From Candidatus Woesearchaeota archaeon (GTDB lineage Archaea; Nanobdellota; Nanobdellia; Pacearchaeales; GW2011-AR1): a DNA stretch of 24,677 bases. The notes below the pieces were generated by a model. The model searched no databases. It saw only the letters and a program-made list of their open reading frames with translations, and was not told the origin of the DNA. The position numbers were made by a program, and so were the translations under genes. How positions within the stretch are numbered: the first letter of the stretch is position 1; each line of letters begins with the position of its first letter. The stretch is from assembly GCA_964372385.1 (NCBI GenBank), contig CAYJQP010000002.1, positions 1-24,677 of the forward strand, written 5' to 3'. Shown one piece after another: positions 7,123 through 15,471 of this stretch.

Positions 7123-7569
7123 TTACTGTTCTGGAGGCTTGAGCTTGTAAGTTGGCTGGGAATTTTGCGCCGGCGTTTCTTGAGGTTTTTGTGTTAGGAC
7201 TTTTTCAAGATTTTTTATTGTGCTTTCTGAAGCCATAGCACCGAAAGCTTCAAGGAGACTTATCGTTTTATCGTTATTTGAGTCTATTATTTCAAGGGCT
7301 TTCTTGAATGTCTCTGGATTTTGTAATGACTTTAGATATTCGTGATATAAAAGATGTTCATGTTCTTTTGCTAAATCATAGAGTTCTTTCGTTGTTCTGT
7401 ATCTAGTTCCATCGGCAAAATGAAAGATTTGATAGATGCTATCTCCATAGGATGCGAATTTATTAATTGGGGCTGTTTTTTGCAAGTCTGTGGATTGACA
7501 TGTTGAATTGACAAAGAGAAAACTTGAAAGCAAAAGATGCCGTGATATTTTTTTGAAATAACCTCTCAT
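7123..7569 (-). CDS. Putative secreted protein or lipoprotein with one EF-hand-like loop
   Basis: Signal-like N-terminus ending NSTC; DSNNDKTISLLE fits Dx[DN]xDxxIxxxE; Pro/Gln-rich tail. Confidence 0.72.
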   Translation of the reverse strand: MRGYFKKISRHLLLSSFLFVNSTCQSTDLQKTAPINKFASYGDSIYQIFHFADGTRYRTTKELYDLAKEHEHLLYHEYLKSLQNPETFKKALEIIDSNNDKTISLLEAFGAMASESTIKNLEKVLTQKPQETPAQNSQPTYKLKPPEQ

Positions 7570-7628
7570 GTTTATTTATGTAATTTAAAGGTTTTAAGCA
7601 TTTTTGTTTTGCGATATGCGTTTTGTCT

Positions 7629-8738
7629 TTATTCAATCTGAAATCTTAGGATTGCTCCGACGCCCTTTGTGAGATTGAGAAATTGTTCGCCGTCCTGATT
7701 GTCCGTTGATATTATTACAACTTTCGCATCTATGGCATTTGCTTTTTTTTCAAATTCCTCTTTTTTTTCTTTCGGGAGTTTTTTTGAGAGCAGAAGAATT
7801 TCTACTGCACCACGTTCAAGAGCTATACGAGTTTTTTCTTCTCCGTATACTGCTTTTTCCCTGTGCTTGCCAAGGGTTTCAAAGAATTTTTCAAGAATTA
7901 ATTTTTCTTTTATCAGCTCCTGTTCTGAGATGTCTTTTTGCGATTCTTCAACTAACAGCTCCAAGCCGTGCTCGTCGGTGTAGCCGAGGTCTTTTATAGC
8001 TATTACTTTATTTTTCAGAGATGTTACCAAATTTCCTTCTTCCAAGAATTCTTCTTTTGTTGGAATAGGGCCGCCGATGAGAATTCCTTTTAATTTTGGC
8101 ATGTCAAAGAATACTCTTTTCATTTCGTCTGCAACTCTTCGGAAAAATTGTTTTGCCAGGCCTTCTGTAATGCGATGAAAGCGCTGAGAGGATTGGCCGC
8201 CTGCCTTTATTTTTCCAGGGACGCCTGAAGAAAGTTTTGTCAGTGTTTTTATTTGCTTGCCTTCTAAAAGCCCGAGAGTTGCGTGCTGTCTGTCAATTAC
8301 GAGAAGCCCATAGGTTTCAGTAACTTCCAGCATTTCTTTTAATGGTTCTATAATAAAAGTCTGGTCGCATCTATATAATCTTGTGTTTAACCGCATTGGC
8401 GGTTCGAAGAGCCAGAGCCGAATGTCTTGGACGCCTTCTTTTTCTGATATATTTCCGCAGAATATTGCAAGCCCGTTTTTAGGAGTTTGTTTTATTTCTT
8501 TCATTTTTCTAATAATCATCTCAAGAGCTGTAATGACTGCTGTTTTTGTCTGCTTTGATTTTATGTTTGCGGCTGTTGATTTTTCCGCTTCCAACTGCTT
8601 CTGCACGAGGTTTATATTCTGGCCAACTGGAATTAATACTGTAACTAATTCAGTATGCCTTCCTTTTATACTTCCAAGTAAATCAACAAGCTCTTCAATC
8701 TCTTGTTTTTGCTTGTCTGTGATTTCAACGTGCTGCAT
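7629..8738 (-). CDS. prf1: Peptide chain release factor aRF1
   Basis: TAANIKSK (NIKS), LYRCDQTF (YxCxxxF), GGQSSQRF, C-terminal GVGAILRF. Confidence 0.97.
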   Translation of the reverse strand: MQHVEITDKQKQEIEELVDLLGSIKGRHTELVTVLIPVGQNINLVQKQLEAEKSTAANIKSKQTKTAVITALEMIIRKMKEIKQTPKNGLAIFCGNISEKEGVQDIRLWLFEPPMRLNTRLYRCDQTFIIEPLKEMLEVTETYGLLVIDRQHATLGLLEGKQIKTLTKLSSGVPGKIKAGGQSSQRFHRITEGLAKQFFRRVADEMKRVFFDMPKLKGILIGGPIPTKEEFLEEGNLVTSLKNKVIAIKDLGYTDEHGLELLVEESQKDISEQELIKEKLILEKFFETLGKHREKAVYGEEKTRIALERGAVEILLLSKKLPKEKKEEFEKKANAIDAKVVIISTDNQDGEQFLNLTKGVGAILRFQIE

Positions 8739-8759
8739 AAAAAGTTTAGTTTGAGAAGG

Positions 8760-8767
8760 TTTAAATA
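8760..8767. promoter_or_regulatory. Central TATA of the 50-bp divergent spacer (aRF1 / orphan)
   Basis: TTTAAA(TA); the palindromic core is 21 nt from the aRF1 ATG and 23 nt from ATG 8789. Confidence 0.5.
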
Positions 8768-8788
8768 TCTATTTTTTAGTTGATTTTT

Positions 8789-9151
8789 ATGAGGATTTAT
8801 TTGAGTTATGAGATGAAGGATGAGGAAGTTAAAATTAGCTCTGGCCATGCTCAATTTACCGGAGATAGTTCAGGAAGGGAATATTTTAAACAAGATATAA
8901 TTAATTTTTTAGGTGAACCGAGAGAAGCTCTATATGCTATTCGTGATTTAGTGTGCGGAAAATTTCCAGAGATTGAGTATGATTTTGATATTATGGAAGG
9001 CAGTTTAATTGATGATTTTTTTGCTAATAGGAGCAGAGAGAGGTATATTGAGTTTTATGCCGGAGATCTTTATGAGAGAATAATTTCTTTTTATGGGGAT
9101 TTTGTTGCAGAGCATGAATGTTTTGAGATGTCTAGAGGAATTCAACCCTAA
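8789..9151 (+). CDS. Hypothetical acidic, aromatic-rich protein
   Basis: ATG at 8789 preferred over TTG at 8780 on promoter geometry; 3' end overlaps the valS 3' end by 20 nt. Confidence 0.68.
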   Translation: MRIYLSYEMKDEEVKISSGHAQFTGDSSGREYFKQDIINFLGEPREALYAIRDLVCGKFPEIEYDFDIMEGSLIDDFFANRSRERYIEFYAGDLYERIISFYGDFVAEHECFEMSRGIQP

Positions 9152-11465
9152 AATCTCCTCCATGGATTTTTTTGGCGGCTGTGACCGCTCTGATATCTGG
9201 AAGAATAGTATTAAGAGCTGTTAAAGTTGGTTTGGGAAGAGTTAGAACAATTGGCGAGTTCATTGATTTTTTGGCTTCTGATTTTGCCTGCCTGACTTTT
9301 GAGATAATTTCTATGAGGATATTCCAGATTTGCTCGTCTGATTTTTCCGATTTTATTTTTATTTTTGTTGGCCAGTCTGAAATGTGAATTGAGGGAGTTT
9401 TTTCATATTCTTTAAAATAAGTTTGATAGATATGCTCGGTGATGAACGGAGTGATTGGGGCGAAGAGTTTTAGCAATGTCAGGAGGGAACTGTAAAGAGC
9501 ATATGACGCAGAGGCTTTTTCTTGTTCATTTCCCTGATAGATTCTGTTTTTTATAATTTCCAGATAATTATCTGTGAATGAGTGCCAGAAGAAACTGTCT
9601 GTTTCTAATTTTGCTTTTGAGTAGTTGTAATTGTTGAAAGCAGATGCTGTGGAGATTATTAAAGAGTTGAGCTGCGAGAGGAATAGGCGGTCAGTTTCTA
9701 TTAATTTTGGCTGTTTTTTTTGGTGTTTTAGGTTGAGGAAGACGAATTTTGCCGCATTGAGAATTTTTGTAACATATTTTTTCCCCGTTATCATTTCTTT
9801 TTCTTGGTAGCCGAGGTCTTCGCCTAATTTTGATGTTGATGCCCAGTATCTTAAAACATCAGAGCCGTATTTTTGCATTATTTCCTGTGGGGAAATAACA
9901 TTGCCTTTTGATTTTGACATTTTCTGGCCTTCTAATGTTACAAAGCCAGAGATTGTTATGTCGCTCCATGGGATTTTAGATTCGTGCAAAAGAGATTTGA
10001 CAATTGTGTAGAACGCCCAGGTTCTTATTATGTCATGTGCCTGCGGGCGGAGAGAGTATGGGATTTTTATTTTGTTGTTTATTAGTGATGATGCAATTTG
10101 CGGCGTTAAAGATGAAGTTGCCCAAGTATCAAGAACTTTTGTTTCAGGAACAAGAGGTAATTTGCATTCTGGGCAGTTTTTTTTTATTTTTAATGGATCA
10201 ATTGGGAGTTCTGATTCTTTTGGTAAAACAGTAAGATTGCATTTTTCGCAATGCCATGCAGGGATTGGAATGCCGAAATGCCTATCTCTTGAAATGCTCC
10301 AGTCCCATTCCAAGCCATTAATCCAGTTTTCATATCGCTTTAGCATGTGCTCTGGAAACCAAGATATTTTTTTCCCTTGTTGAATTAATTGTGACTTTTT
10401 ATCTAAGATTTTTACAAACCATTGTTCAAGCGGAAGAAATTCAATCTCTGTTCCGCATTTATCATGAACATTTACATTGTGTTCAATTGTTTTTTGTTCA
10501 AGAATTAGATTTTGTGATTTTAAATCTTCTAGGATTTTTTTTCTTGCGTCTTTTATTGACAGAGAATTGTATTTTGGGATGTTTAGAGTGCCGTTTTTAT
10601 TTATTATTATTTTTGGCTGCAGTTTATGGCGCTTTATTGCATCAACATCGTATTTGTCGCCGTAAGAGCATACCATCAAAACACCTGTTCCTTTTTCTAT
10701 ATTTGCTGATTCGTCCTGAATAATTGGCACTTGGTGATTGAATAAAGGCACGACTGCTTTTTTTCCTATTAGATGTTTGTATCTTTTATCTTGTGGATTT
10801 ATGAAAACTGCGACGCATGCGGCGAGGAGCTCAGGCCTTGTTGTAGCAATCGGCAGGTCTTTGTTTTCTGATTTGAATTTTAATGTTGTGAATTGAGTTG
10901 TTTTTGTTTTGTCTTCTAATTCTGCCTGCGCAACAGGAGTCTGGCATTCTGGGCAGTAGATTGTCGGGAATTTTTCTTTGTAGATTAAACCTTTTTTGTA
11001 CAGCTGGAGGAAGGATTGCTGTGAGATTTTTTGTGAGTTCTCGTCTATTGTTGAGTAATATAAATCATAGTCGCAAGATATGCCTAAATTTTTCCAGTCT
11101 TGGATAAAATCAGGAGTGATTTCTTTGAGGGTTTTGAGGCAGAGAGCGATGAAATCAGTTCTTGACATTGATTTTGATTTTATATTGTTAATTTTTTCCA
11201 CTAATCTTTCTGTCGGCAGGCCGTTGTCATCTGTGCCAAATGGATAGAAAACTTCAAAGCCGGACATTCTTTTGAATCTTGCTATGAAGTCCTGCTGTGA
11301 GTATGAAAATGCATGTCCAACATGCATATTTCCGGAAACTGTCGGAGGAGGAGTGTCTATGCTGTAGATTTTCTTTTTTGAGCTTTTATTAAATTTGTAA
11401 ATTTTTTCTTTTTCCCAGAATCTCAAGATTTGTTTTTCTATTTCTTGGATGTTTGTTTCGTGCAT
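9132..11465 (-). CDS. valS: Valyl-tRNA synthetase (archaeal type)
   Basis: IDTPPPTVSGNMHVGH (HIGH), ATTRPE, GTG editing motif, WDWSISRDRHFGIPIP, LDTWATS, RPQAHDIIRTW, KMSKSKGN. Confidence 0.97.
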   Translation of the reverse strand: MHETNIQEIEKQILRFWEKEKIYKFNKSSKKKIYSIDTPPPTVSGNMHVGHAFSYSQQDFIARFKRMSGFEVFYPFGTDDNGLPTERLVEKINNIKSKSMSRTDFIALCLKTLKEITPDFIQDWKNLGISCDYDLYYSTIDENSQKISQQSFLQLYKKGLIYKEKFPTIYCPECQTPVAQAELEDKTKTTQFTTLKFKSENKDLPIATTRPELLAACVAVFINPQDKRYKHLIGKKAVVPLFNHQVPIIQDESANIEKGTGVLMVCSYGDKYDVDAIKRHKLQPKIIINKNGTLNIPKYNSLSIKDARKKILEDLKSQNLILEQKTIEHNVNVHDKCGTEIEFLPLEQWFVKILDKKSQLIQQGKKISWFPEHMLKRYENWINGLEWDWSISRDRHFGIPIPAWHCEKCNLTVLPKESELPIDPLKIKKNCPECKLPLVPETKVLDTWATSSLTPQIASSLINNKIKIPYSLRPQAHDIIRTWAFYTIVKSLLHESKIPWSDITISGFVTLEGQKMSKSKGNVISPQEIMQKYGSDVLRYWASTSKLGEDLGYQEKEMITGKKYVTKILNAAKFVFLNLKHQKKQPKLIETDRLFLSQLNSLIISTASAFNNYNYSKAKLETDSFFWHSFTDNYLEIIKNRIYQGNEQEKASASYALYSSLLTLLKLFAPITPFITEHIYQTYFKEYEKTPSIHISDWPTKIKIKSEKSDEQIWNILIEIISKVRQAKSEAKKSMNSPIVLTLPKPTLTALNTILPDIRAVTAAKKIHGGDFRVEFL

Positions 11466-11485
11466 GTTTGGGATAAGGAGAAAGA

Positions 11486-11493
11486 GTTATAAA
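11486..11493. promoter_or_regulatory. Central TATA of the 50-bp divergent spacer (valS / orphan)
   Basis: GTTATAAA (TTTATAAC on minus), 20 and 22 nt from the two ATGs. Confidence 0.5.
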
Positions 11494-11515
11494 GGTTTTT
11501 GGTTTTGGTTTTTTT

Positions 11516-11941
11516 ATGGAAAATGATGAAATTGACTTTGAGGAATTGTATGAAAGAGTAAAGGCGCGAAATAATTTATCTTTTGGTGAATTAGATTTAA
11601 CGAGCGATGGATATTTATTAGAAAGTAAAAATCCAATATTGATTTTGTATATTCCTTCTTTGATAGGAGAGGGGAATTTTGTGCGGGCGCATTTGATGAC
11701 TGATATTTTCGGCAAAGAAAGTTTAGAAGAAATTTTACAGTCATTGGGAGAATTAATTATTTACAGAGATAAACTTAGAAAACTTGGCTATAATGGAAGG
11801 TTTGAGCATGATGATGAGAACTTTGAATATTTTTATGAAATTGAAGTTAGAGATACTAGTATTCTTAAGAAAATTGTAGTTGATTTTGGTAGTTTGCGTA
11901 GTGTTAATAGTTATCGATACAGTAAAGAAAAACTTATATAG
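11516..11941 (+). CDS. Hypothetical protein, paralog of 11962-12360
   Basis: Long ORF that aligns by eye with the next ORF (V.AH, GYN, NF.E..[YF]EI.V, K.V.DF). Confidence 0.8.
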   Translation: MENDEIDFEELYERVKARNNLSFGELDLTSDGYLLESKNPILILYIPSLIGEGNFVRAHLMTDIFGKESLEEILQSLGELIIYRDKLRKLGYNGRFEHDDENFEYFYEIEVRDTSILKKIVVDFGSLRSVNSYRYSKEKLI

Positions 11942-11961
11942 GGCATTGATAAAATTTTATT

Positions 11962-12360
11962 ATGGTTTTGGCAACTATTATAGAGAATGGGACAAGAGAA
12001 ATTTACAGTGATATGATGCGGAATGAAAAATTGTATTATAAAGGAAAATTGGAGGAAGATTCTGCAGGGAGATATACTCTTTTGCATGAAAATGGAAAAA
12101 TTTGGCTCGACTTGCCTGACTGCCCTGGAGATAATAAGATGGTTTATGCTCATGTCTTTGGCTCTCTTCATGAAGACAGCCCAGAAAAAATAATAAATGA
12201 AATGCTTTTGGTTGATCGTCTTTGCTCTCTGGCCCGTGCAAAAGGATATAATTCTTCTTCTTGGTGTAATGATGGAAATTTTGTTGAATGCAAATTTGAG
12301 ATACCTGTTAAGAAAAAAGAGGATTTGGAAAAAGTGATTTTGGATTTTAGTTTTGAGTAG
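11962..12360 (+). CDS. Hypothetical protein, paralog of 11516-11941
   Basis: Same shared motifs; lies in tandem, 20 nt downstream. Confidence 0.8.
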   Translation: MVLATIIENGTREIYSDMMRNEKLYYKGKLEEDSAGRYTLLHENGKIWLDLPDCPGDNKMVYAHVFGSLHEDSPEKIINEMLLVDRLCSLARAKGYNSSSWCNDGNFVECKFEIPVKKKEDLEKVILDFSFE

Positions 12361-12521
12361 GGTTATAATGAATTAAATAGCATGATTTATGGATGTATCA
12401 AGATCTATCATCAAGTTTATTAATAATCTTGTTTGGTTTATTTAAAATGGAAAAAAGAGAGGGGTTTTGCGGATTTTTAGAGCGGAGAAAAATTTATATA
12501 CATTGGATTCTTAAATAACAT

Positions 12522-12746
12522 ATGAAAAATTATCTAAAATTGTATAGCGAATTAACTCGTGAAATTGAAAAGTATTATGATGATGTATGTGAAGGATTGC
12601 GTAGTTACTCATTTCGCTTGCCTGAACAGAGACGAGATGATGATTTTGGTGGAGTTTGTGCTGTTTTGAGAGATGGAGATCCACCCAGAGTTCCAAGAAA
12701 ACCTCTGGCATTTGGCAGAACTTTTAGAGATGAACATGAAGTTTAA
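12522..12746 (+). CDS. Hypothetical protein
   Basis: 74-aa ORF with TTTATATA about 25 nt upstream, followed in the same orientation by nth. Confidence 0.52.
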   Translation: MKNYLKLYSELTREIEKYYDDVCEGLRSYSFRLPEQRRDDDFGGVCAVLRDGDPPRVPRKPLAFGRTFRDEHEV

Positions 12747-12770
12747 ATAATATCTTCTATTATTTTTTTT

Positions 12771-13397
12771 ATGAATAAAAGAAAAGAGTTTTTGCGGATT
12801 TTTAAAAAGGCAGAGAAGAAATATAGCAAGTCGGAGAAGAGGCTGGCTGGCGAGGGATGGGGCAGTGCGTGGAAAACATTGATTGTTACGATAATGTCTG
12901 CGCAATCGCGAGATGAGACGACGATTAAGATTGGACAAGAGCTGTTTAAGAAGTATGGGAGTTTGGAGAGCTTGGTGAGAGCGAGGAAAAAAGATGTTCT
13001 TCGGATTTTTAGTGGTTTGAATTACAATAAGACAAAGGCACGGAATGTTATTGCTTGTGCTAAGATGCTTGTAGAAGAATTTAATGGAAAAGTGCCTGAC
13101 AGTATTGACGAGCTTGTGAAATTGCCGGGAGTTGGAAGGAAGACTGCTAATTTGGTTTTGACAGAGGTTCATAAGAAAGATGGGGTTACCGTTGATACTC
13201 ATGTGCATCGCCTAAGCAATGTTCTTGGACTTGTAAAAACGAAAACGCCGCATCAGACGGAATTGGCTTTGATGAAAATTGCTCCCCTGAAATATTGGAG
13301 CAGGATAAACAGGATTTTTGTTTTGTGGGGGAAAGATTGTCCAGGGAGAGATAGGGAGAAATTGTTGAGAAAGCTGGAGGAATATAAAAATCAATAA
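12771..13397 (+). CDS. nth: Endonuclease III (HhH-GPD glycosylase/AP lyase) lacking the 4Fe-4S motif
   Basis: IMSAQSRD, HhH LPGVGRKTANLVL with catalytic Lys, VDTHVHRLS with catalytic Asp; no C-x6-C-x2-C-x5-C at the C-terminus. Confidence 0.92.
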   Translation: MNKRKEFLRIFKKAEKKYSKSEKRLAGEGWGSAWKTLIVTIMSAQSRDETTIKIGQELFKKYGSLESLVRARKKDVLRIFSGLNYNKTKARNVIACAKMLVEEFNGKVPDSIDELVKLPGVGRKTANLVLTEVHKKDGVTVDTHVHRLSNVLGLVKTKTPHQTELALMKIAPLKYWSRINRIFVLWGKDCPGRDREKLLRKLEEYKNQ

Positions 13398-13434
13398 AAC
13401 AAAGCTTTATAAATTTTAATTTATTAAGATTGTT

Positions 13435-13605
13435 ATGGTAAGCGACAACAAAATCCACATGCCTGGCGCTTTCGGCGGACTTATGAGATATGATTCAGAG
13501 TATAAAAGCAGATTCACGCTTTCTCCTGTGCAAGTTGTAGGGTTTGTTATTTTAGTGATTGTTTTTGTTTTGGCTATGAAGCTTTTGTGGCCTGTTGTTA
13601 GTTGA
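13435..13605 (+). CDS. secG: Preprotein translocase subunit SecG/Sec61beta (not in ORF track)
   Basis: MVSDNKIHMPGAFGGLMRYDSEYKSRFTLSPVQVVGFVILVIVFVLAMKLLWPVVS: GGLMRY[DE], LSP and one C-terminal TM helix. TTTATAAA lies upstream. Confidence 0.86.
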   Translation: MVSDNKIHMPGAFGGLMRYDSEYKSRFTLSPVQVVGFVILVIVFVLAMKLLWPVVS

Positions 13606-13633
13606 TTATTTATTAGTAGGGGTTTTGATTTAT

Positions 13634-13942
13634 ATGGATGAAAAAAATATTAAGAAACTCACTATGCTGATGAGGAAGGGCAAGGATAATTTTTGGGTAA
13701 TTTTAAGAAGAATATTAGTTGAAAGAAAGATTGATTTTGATAGGGCGATTTTGGTTGAGTCTTTTGAAGACGATTTAAATTGTGAATACGGAAAGGTTAT
13801 GACTAAAGACAACGAGGTTTATCAGTTTTGGATTTATTTTTCTGATGGAAAGGTTAGGGAGATTGAATGGCGAGAGGTTCTTGATAATTCAGATGAAGAA
13901 GAACTTGCGATTGCTAGGAAATTGATTAGAGAGAGATTTTAG
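13634..13942 (+). CDS. Hypothetical protein
   Basis: ATG at 13634 chosen because the track start overlaps secG; acidic/aromatic C-terminal half. Confidence 0.68.
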   Translation: MDEKNIKKLTMLMRKGKDNFWVILRRILVERKIDFDRAILVESFEDDLNCEYGKVMTKDNEVYQFWIYFSDGKVREIEWREVLDNSDEEELAIARKLIRERF

Positions 13943-13960
13943 TTTTGAAATTGCTTTGTC

Positions 13961-15055
13961 CTATTGCTGGCTGATTAAACTTTCTAATTTTTCTATGACT
14001 CTCTGAACAGTTAATTGAGAGAAGCAACAATCGGAGGAAGGACATTTGAGTTTTTTTATTACTTCATTTAGTTTGCCTTGAGAATTTTCTCTTAGAGCTT
14101 CTTGAATTTCTTGTGGGAATTCATAATTTGGATAATGGGTTTTCATTATATCTTTTATTTCTGGATATTCACTAAGTTGAATATAGCCGTGAAGTCCTAA
14201 ATTTTGACAGGGTTTTGAATTATTGAATGTTTCTAAATCAGGAATTGTTAGCATAGTTTTTTCTGAACCAGGATAAATAACTGCTTTGGGGTGTGTCGGG
14301 CCCAGCAGGATTACCATTTTTTCGTTTCCTAAAGCATAGGCAAGATGGATTTGCATGCCGTCAATGCCGATGCCTGCCGCTGATGCTTTTATTATTTCTG
14401 ATTCTGCTACGAAAGGTAATAATTCACCCGGTTTTGGATATACTGCAGGATGTATTGGAGCTTCATTAGGAGCTCGTTTTTCATAGAAAGTAAATTTATC
14501 AGATAAGCTGTCAATAAGATCTGTCCAGAAGTTTGAGTGATAGCTTTGAGGCATTCTATTCTCACTGCCGGCTGTTCTTGTGCCAAGCCAGATAATTGGT
14601 TTATTTTGTTCTAAAATTTCTTCTAACTTTCTTTTTCCCAATTCTATATTCTGTTTAAATTTTTCTTCAGGGAAGATTAGTTTTGATTCAAATTCTCTTG
14701 TTAGAAAAATCTTTTCGCTTAATTTTTCTGATAATTCTTTTTCAGCCATTCTTAACATGGCTTCAGTATAATGAAAACCGTAGTGATTGGGTAGCTCATT
14801 TTGATACCATGTTAAATCAATTTCTAGTTCATTTGACAATGGTTGATAATCAATGTCTAATAGTTGTGAGACAAAACCACCATCATATACTTTTAAATAG
14901 CCTTCAAGGATTTGCCTTCTTTCATCTTCTTTCACTTTAACTTTTATTTCAAGGTCAGGAAGGTTTTTATTAATAGACTTCAAGACGCGAGTAGTTTCAA
15001 TTAAATCACCAAGGGCTTGAGACGGTTTTAAGATTATTGTTTTTTCATTTGGCAT
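13961..15055 (-). CDS. Glycosyltransferase family 9-like protein (heptosyltransferase fold)
   Basis: N-terminal ALGDLI, and IIKASAAGIGIDGMQIHLAYALG...LLGPTHP resembling the GT9 D[ST]G..HLA.A...P...LFGPT motif; ends C-FSQLTVQRV. Confidence 0.78.
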   Translation of the reverse strand: MPNEKTIILKPSQALGDLIETTRVLKSINKNLPDLEIKVKVKEDERRQILEGYLKVYDGGFVSQLLDIDYQPLSNELEIDLTWYQNELPNHYGFHYTEAMLRMAEKELSEKLSEKIFLTREFESKLIFPEEKFKQNIELGKRKLEEILEQNKPIIWLGTRTAGSENRMPQSYHSNFWTDLIDSLSDKFTFYEKRAPNEAPIHPAVYPKPGELLPFVAESEIIKASAAGIGIDGMQIHLAYALGNEKMVILLGPTHPKAVIYPGSEKTMLTIPDLETFNNSKPCQNLGLHGYIQLSEYPEIKDIMKTHYPNYEFPQEIQEALRENSQGKLNEVIKKLKCPSSDCCFSQLTVQRVIEKLESLISQQ

Positions 15056-15132
15056 TTTATTCTGAAATATTTGCAGTATAAATTATTTTATGTGGTAGAA
15101 AACTATAAATAACATCTTCTTTTTATAAAATT

Positions 15133-15471
15133 ATGTTACCGGGAGTCGGCGGATTAAATCCGAAGAAAATGCAGGCGATGATGAAGCAGCTTGGCATTAA
15201 TCAGGAAGAGATAGATGCAGAGAGGGTTGTAATTGAAAAGAGCGACGGCTCAAGGATAGTTATTGAAAACCCGAATGTGCAGAAAATAAAAATGCAGGGG
15301 CAGGAAAGTTTTCAAATTGTCGGAGATGTTAGAGAAGAAGATTCCGGCGTTAGCGAGGAGGATGTGAAATTAATTATGGAGAAGACAGGCAAGGACGAGG
15401 ATGAGGTTAGAAGAGTTTTGGAAGAAGCTGGAGGAGATATTGCAGAGGCGATTGTTAAGCTTGGAGTGTGA
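15133..15471 (+). CDS. nac: Nascent polypeptide-associated complex protein (aNAC)
   Basis: NPKKMQAMMKQLGI, GQESFQI, C-terminal UBA-like GGDIAEAIVKL. Confidence 0.95.
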   Translation: MLPGVGGLNPKKMQAMMKQLGINQEEIDAERVVIEKSDGSRIVIENPNVQKIKMQGQESFQIVGDVREEDSGVSEEDVKLIMEKTGKDEDEVRRVLEEAGGDIAEAIVKLGV

